Shown in pieces: positions 57,497-64,000 of a stretch of DNA of 64,000 nt (within the stretch, counting starts at the first letter, position 1; each line of letters opens with the position of its first letter). Where the stretch lies: assembly GCF_009914755.1 (NCBI RefSeq), contig NC_060940.1; one strand, written 5' to 3'. The position numbers and the translations under genes are program-made. This DNA comes from the human T2T-CHM13v2.0 reference genome, Homo sapiens. The notes beneath the pieces were generated by a model, which was given only the letters and a program-made list of their open reading frames with translations, did not search any database and was not told where the DNA came from.

Positions 57497-58158
57497 GCAG
57501 GACCGCAGCTCCCTCCTCACCAACAAACTGCTTCCCGCAACAATGGTGCCTCTGTGCACACCTCCTCCTCCACTCTGCCCCGCTGTGGTCCAGGAGCCCA
57601 GGGAGGGTGAACAGCAGGGACCCCCCAGCAGGTGCAGCAGGGCCGGTGGCTCTCCCAGGGGCACGGGGCCAGTGGCTCTCCCGGGGGCGCGCTCTGTTCT
57701 GGAGGACTCTGTGCCACTCTGGTTGGGTCTGGGATCCAGGGCAGCAGCCTACTTTCTCAGGGCCCTTTCTGTCCGGTCCTCATCCACTCTCCATCGGGAA
57801 GGCTCAGACTGTTTCCAAAGTCCAGTGTCCCTTTCCCTCCGGTCCTCATCTGCTCTCCATCAGGAAGGCTCAGACTGTTTCCAAGGTCCAGGTGTCTTTG
57901 GCTTTCATTGACGATGGAATGAAGATTTTGGGTTCTAGTCCCGCTCGTGGTTTTCCCAGAAATTCCAAGGAAGAGAGAACACAGCAGAACCACCCTTCCA
58001 CCTTCAGCTGGAGCCTGGAAACAGCCAGAAAGGGCTGATCCGAGGCTGCCGTCTGCTGTCTGCTTCAGGATTGCTGAGGCGGCCTCTGGCCTCTGGGCCT
58101 GGGCCCCCAGAGGCAGGCCTTGGGAGCAAGATTTGGGGGTGACCCCAGGCAGCCCTGG

Positions 58159-58411
58159 GGAGTGGGCAAGTCAGGCAGGAAAGGAGCTGATAAGGGCTGA
58201 TGAGCAGGGGTCACTGTGGGTAACTGGGCTCTGAGCCTCTGGGGACTCCCCTAGAGGAGCGGAACGTGGAACGCACCAAGGAGTGGGCAAGTCGGGTGGG
58301 AAAGGAGCTTATGAGGGCTGATGAGCAGGTGTCGCTGTGGGTAACTGGGCTCTGAGCCTCCGGGGACCCTCCCTAGAGGAGTGGAACATGGAACGTACCA
58401 AGGAGTGGGCA
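58159..58411. repeat. ~122-bp two-copy tandem duplication
   Basis: 'ggagtgggca' recurs at ~58159, ~58280 and ~58402 with matching intervening sequence. Confidence 0.9.
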
Positions 58412-59059
58412 TCTGTCCCGCAGTCCCCACCCGCTGCTGAAGCGGCTGCTCCCATGGCCTCCCTCCCTGGCCCCGTGGCCTCTCCTGTGGACAGGGAGCA
58501 AGCTGCCTGGCAGAGGCCCCGGCTCTCACAGCGGGAGCTGTCAGCATGCTGGGGACGGTGAGTGCCAGGTGCCATGGGCCAGAGCCTTTGGTGTAGGCTC
58601 TGGCGAAGGGACCCAGGACACACGCCTGGAACGCTAAAAGTCCTGGGAATCTGACATGTCACACGGGAGAAAACCTCAGACCAGCCGCACGTGCCCTCCC
58701 CTCCCCCAACACACGCAAGCCCTTCCCGGGCTGGAGAGACGGTGGCTCCTGGTGGTCATGCCAGTTGGTTCATGCTCATCAGAACCCATGGATGGCATTG
58801 CCTGGGGGACTTCCAGGATAGCAGGGGAAGGCAACACTGTTGCCCAAACGGGAGGAACAGGACCACATCGGTCAGAGCCCAGCAGGAGGGAGACAGCACC
58901 TGGAGGAGGGCTTCACAGTGCTGAAAAGGTTTGGGCGGGGCTCAGGGAACCTGTGTGAAGGGACCGAGGACCCTGTGAAAGAGAAGCCCCATCGCCCTAA
59001 GCCTGAAGGCTGGGGTGGGACTGGGGTGGTGTCCTTTCTTGGAATCCACAGAGGACAGG

Positions 59060-59542
59060 TGTGTCAGTGCCACGGGGCTGCGACGAGATGACCACAGGCT
59101 CACAGCTCTGTCAGCTCTGGAGGTCAGAAGTCTGGCACACACCTCGCTGGGCTAAAATCAGGGTGTGTGAGGGCCGGTTCCTCCTGGGACCTCCAGGGGA
59201 GGGTCCTTTTCTTACCTTTGTGGCCTCTGAGGCCGTTGCACTCCTCGGCTCATGGCCCTTCCTCCACCTTCCAGGCCAGCAGCGCAGCCTCTTTCCATTT
59301 CTCTCTGACTCTGTGTTCCTTCTCACACCTCCTCCTCCTGTGAGCCCCCCGCCTCCCTCTTCAAGGACCCTGGGATGACACTGAGCCACCGGGACAACCC
59401 CGGGCCACTCCCATCTCAAGAGCCTTCACTTACTCACCTGCTCAGTCACGTCTGCATGTAAATATCACCAGGGAACATATTCCCAGGATCTGGGATTAGG
59501 ATGTGGGCATCTTTGGGGGCCATTATTGAGCCAATAACAGTA
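59060..59542 (-). mobile_element. MLT1D-like solo LTR
   Basis: 'agctctggaggtcagaagtc...ctgggctaaaatcagggtg...ccatctcaag...gggattaggatgtgggcatctttgggggccattatt'. Confidence 0.8.
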
Positions 59543-62500
59543 AAGTCTGAAGGTGCCCGTGATGGGCTTTTTGGGGTGCAGCCAAGCCGCAGGAGGCAGG
59601 GAATGAACACCCGGCCCCAATCTCCCTGCTGCCACACTCTGCATGGACCCAGGCATGGTGGACCCTCCGGGCAGGCTCCTGGACCTGGAGCCTGGAGGGA
59701 AGGCAGGGCGGGCGCGAGGAGGGTATCTGGCCCTCAGACCTCGACCACGCAAAGGCTGGGCACTGCCAACGTTGACGGCAAGGTCCCTGCTGAGGCTGCA
59801 ACAGTTCCCAGGTTCAAGAAAACTAGAGCACGAAATCACGCTGAGTCCTGCCACTTCTTTCCCAGCCTCAACCTGAGGGCAGGATGAAAGGATTGCCCTG
59901 CACAGCCATCGGGCTGTTTCAGTGATTACCTGGATGTTTAGAACACAGATTTTAAAAACCTCCCCCACCCAATACGGCTGGTCAATGAGAGAGACACCAC
60001 TTTGGGAGGTGGCGTCAACAGCTCCCCCTCCCACCACCACCCCGCCTCCCAATTCCCTGGGACAGCTGGACCAGGCCTGGGACTTTCGGGGGTGTCCAGG
60101 CACTGGCCACTGCAATCTCTGGAAAGAGTAGAGAAACCCCAGCATCTTTCCTCCATCCTGATTAGGCCTGCCCTTTGCGGAAATCATTCTTGTCCCAGTT
60201 GACGCTGTCCTTGTTTTGAGAAGAGGTGCCCTGGGTGCAGTGATGCGTGGGTAGCAGGCTGTCCGGGAGCTCTCTGCCTGAGAGAGGGTCAGCCTGCGGC
60301 AAGAGGGTAGCTGCAGAGTGATCAGGCCACGGCGGCTTCTGCTGGCCCTGAGAACGCCCTGCCTGGGGCTGGGTCGGGTCTGTTTGGCAGCATTGCCCAG
60401 ATTGCAACTCATGTGTCCTTGAACAAAGTCAATGTGTTTTTCCTCTCCAGAGCCCAGCAACTATTTGACATTCGGAGCTGCTCCTCAGGGTTCTGGGCAC
60501 GTCGCATATTGCGCCCCAGCCTTCTCAGCAGCCAGGAGCTGGGAGGTGGAGGGGCCTGTGGTCTGGCCGCCGCCTAGCAGGCCTGCATGGCCACCTCCAG
60601 CCGGGTGCAGGCTGGCTGGGGTGGGGCTGCCCTTGACCTTGGGCTCTTCCTCCTCCGCCAGATCCTCAGGCGCTGGCTCAGCCTCCCACGGCCCGGGGGA
60701 GCCTCTGTCTGCTCCTTCCAGCCGTTCAAGGACGAGGCTTCCGAAAGACTCACTGTTCCTGTGTGGGGAACTGAGGCCGTGTGAAGGCTGGATGAACCGC
60801 TGCTGTGGCCTGGTGAGAAAGAGGCTGTGGGCACCGCGGCAAGCATCTCCCCTCCCACAGTGCCAGAGAGCCGTCCCCGCCAGGTTCTTTGTGTGTGTAG
60901 CCTCGTTTCTGCTTCTGTTTTCATTGTGGGGCTTGGGAGGAAATCGCCAACCTTCAGCACTGGGGCAGCCCCACCATGGCCAGTGGTTTGTCAATTCCTT
61001 TTGTCCCTGCCTGTGTCCAAAGTCTGGGGGCCACCTGGGAACCTGAACATCATTGCCGTCTTCCTGGCCTGGGCCGTGGGCTCACTTTGTTATTCCTCTT
61101 GGAAATTTGGCCAGGCCACCTTGGATGGGCCCCAGGCAGCAGGGGGCTACTGGATGCCGTGTTCTGGAGGTTTCTGCGGGAGGGAAGGCGCCCAAATGTA
61201 TAGCAGCTGGCCTTGACTGGGTTCTGTTTTGGTGAGGGAGTTTGATTAGGCTTAGGGCCGCCTGGGCATGAAACAGGATCCCAAAACCTCAGCCCCATGA
61301 CTCTCCCACTCTCCCACCAGGGGAAGGCAGATGTTTTGGGGCCGTGATGGGCTGGCCTGGCTGTGCCGAGGTGCCTGGAGGCAGAACTGTTTCAGGACCC
61401 CGATGGGGACGTAGAGGATGCGGGAAGCCCATGAGTGCCTCCTGTGCGCGAGCGCTTTGGTGAGCACAGTGCAGCCGCCTTCTTGGTTGCTGGTGGACGT
61501 TCAGCCCTAATACCCTGCTCTCTCGCCCGCAGCCCCGTCTGAAGCCCCTGAAATTTGAACCTTGGTTTAGGGATTTGGCCTGTTTGTCAGTGGGTTTTCC
61601 ACATGTGGTTTCCACAGGAACTTTTGCTGTTTAAGTGCTTTTTTAAACGATGAAATTATCTTTTTCCTATTGGGATGAGCTCACTGGCTTTTGTGTGGGC
61701 TGCAGGCGCTGGGTGATTGGAAGGGCCATGGACTTCTGAACCCAGAGGAGAAGCCCTGTGTACAAAAGCCGCTGGGTCTCAGCAGTCCCCGAGGAGGTGG
61801 TTGTGAACGTAGCACCAACTTCTTTGATCTTCTGAGATCACTGCGTTTTTCTAGTAAGGCCCCCATGGAAAGCTTAGCATGCAGGCACGTGGGTCGTGGC
61901 CTCCCTCTTGAGTGAGCTGAAGGATTTAAGAACTGTCAGCTTCCTATATTATAGATGGGATGGGATTTAACATCTGCAGCAGCCAGACTTTGTAAGGGCC
62001 AAGAAACTTGTGTGACCTTGTGTGATCTTGAGGGGCAGGGAGAAGACCTTTAGCTCAGAACGGTGCAAAGAATTAACGCTGAGGACGAAGCCAGGGAGGG
62101 GAACCAGAGCCGGAGCTGGGCTAAGCCAGTTCCCACCTCCCATCTCGCAGCGCAGACCGGGGCTGGCTCCAGCCTCGCAGCGCGGACCAGGGCTGACCGT
62201 GGCACAGCCTGTGGATCATCCACCAGGGGTGCCTGAGGGGACCGGTTTGGACGCAGCCCGTGGGGAGCTGGGCGCGCTCTTCTGGAGCTGGACGGCCTCC
62301 AGGGTCCCCTCAGAGTGTCTCCGATGGGGAGGCTGGACACAGCGTCCCTGAACCAAGGGGGCAGTGCTCTCGTCACAGAGCAGAGGGCCGCACCGCCCGT
62401 GTTTGTCTTTCCCATTGCAGCTTCTCAGGCCCTAGGCCAGGCCTCGTTCCCATCAGATAAAGCCTGGGGCGGCCGGACGCAGTACAAGCAATCGTGCCTG

Positions 62501-63344
62501 ACTCACAGGAAGGGAGGAAAACAGGAATTCACGCAGAAGCTGTAATGTTCCCCCTTGGCCCTGGGAAGGGTGTGAAGGGATGTGCGGGGGGGCAGGCGGC
62601 CGAGCGGGGTGGGGGCGGCTCTGCCCTTCCTCGCCCCCTTCCAGGTGCCTAGACTTGGGAAGGAGAGGGATGCCGCCAAGCTCGGGTCCTGCAGGGCCCC
62701 GGCCTTCTGGTGTGGGATCTGGCTTGGGAAGGCCCGGCGCTGCGGCTGCTGCTGAAATTCTTGAGACTGGTTGACAAGGGATCCCATGGTTTCATTTCGC
62801 ACCGGGCCTCTCCAGGGATGGAGAGGGTCCTGACTGGCAGTGTCGAAGCCACGGGGTCTCTCCTTGGTCCCTGGCTCCCCTCACAGCCCTCCCTGCCCAT
62901 GGAGCTCCGGGCTTCCGCACACATTTCTCTCCTTTTTAACGGCTCATTTCTTTGGGTTCAGCAGTACCTGGGTCCCCAGTGCCCTCCTTCTGAGGCTCTC
63001 TCCTTTGAGTGGCCACCCTCCCCCAACACACCTGGAGCGCGGAACTGGGAGTGCCGTGGACACCAGCCCTCCCTGGCCCAGAGCCTCTGCCTCTCCTGGG
63101 CCTCCCAAGAGTAAAACCTCTCCACGCCAGACCAGGCTGCAAACCTGGATTTGAAACCAGCGCTGTCGCACTCCTTGAACTGTATCAGGGGTTTTCAGTA
63201 GCGGGACGGGAACCAGAACCCAAAAGAGGCTCCTTCCTTGTCTTGAATTCCTCCCACCTGAGTTAGCATCTTGGAGGTCAACGTTTCAAGGAATTCAGTA
63301 TCTGAGAAGAGAAAGACACCAAACCGTGGTTCCCCATGAGGACT

Positions 63345-64000
63345 TGTTGCTGAAAAACACATCTAACTCCATACAATATTTGAAGAGAGTTATTCTGAGC
63401 CAGATGTGAGGAGCGTGACCCGTGACACAGCTCCAGGGGGTCCTGAGGACATGTGCCGCAGGGGGTTGGGCCACAGTGTGAGCTCATACACTATGGGGAC
63501 AGGAGGTTCAGGCAGAGTCAGTCAATACTTGACAGATGTGCGTTGGCTCTGCCCAGAAAGGCGGGATGACTTCAAGGTGAGGAGGGGCTTCCTGGTCACA
63601 GGTGGGTTCAAAGACTTTCTGATTAGCAATTGGTTGAGAGAGTTAAGTTATTATCTGATCACCTGGACTCAACAGAAAGGAGTGTCTGGATTAAGATAAG
63701 GGGTTGTGGAGACCAAAGTTCGTATTCTGTAGAAGAAATCTCATAGGGGACTGCCCTTCAAGGCAATAGATGGCAAATGTCTCCTATTGAGACCTTTGAA
63801 ATGTGCTAGATGCTAAGCCCATCTCTCCAGCATCAGAAAAAGCCCTGGAAAGGGAAGAGGATTCTCTACAGAATGTGGATTTTCCCCACAAGAGACAGCT
63901 TTGCGGGGCCGTTTAAAATTATGTCAAACACTCTATTCCTTCCAGGACCTGCTCCCTGTCATGTGATGTTATACTAGACTCGGGTTGGAATTTGGTGTCT
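63345..64000 (-). mobile_element. MER4-family (ERV1) LTR, runs off the window end
   Basis: 'ttattctgagccagatgtgagg...cccgtgacacagc...ggtcctgaggacatgtgc...ttctgattagcaattggttgagagagttaag...ttaagataaggggttgtggagaccaa'. Confidence 0.8.

Noticed and set aside
59465-60460. 331-aa minus-strand ORF
   Set aside because: No recognisable domain, composition typical of GC-rich non-coding DNA, and it ends inside an MLT1 LTR.

Overview
Primate (very likely human) genomic DNA: a GC-rich, repeat-dense, apparently non-coding 64-kb interval. I find no credible host protein-coding gene, tRNA/rRNA or CRISPR array, and I cannot assign the chromosome. Almost all ORFs in the track are chance, Alu-derived or tandem-repeat-derived frames. 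The only real protein homology is LINE-1 ORF2 (reverse transcriptase and C-terminal domain) inside a young, 5'-truncated, 5'-inverted L1PA2-like insertion at ~45148-47416. The rest consists of old L1M elements, 13 Alus, about 11 MaLR LTR loci (MLT1/MST/THE1), MLT2 and MER4 LTRs, DNA-transposon relics (Tigger2a, MER5, MER3), several VNTRs, many two-copy duplications, and motif-rich unique segments that look like enhancers or promoters. I do not see evidence of a new multi-gene biological system. The most notable oddities are an unexplained gap-free 128-bp inverted duplication (23760-24823), an abrupt AT-to-GC substitution tract inside one old L1, a polyadenylated MER41 LTR 3' fragment that appears L1-retroposed, and VNTRs or duplications that multiply transcription-factor motifs. 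Repeat family names come from recalled consensus sequences, not a database search; subfamily calls and old-element boundaries are approximate.
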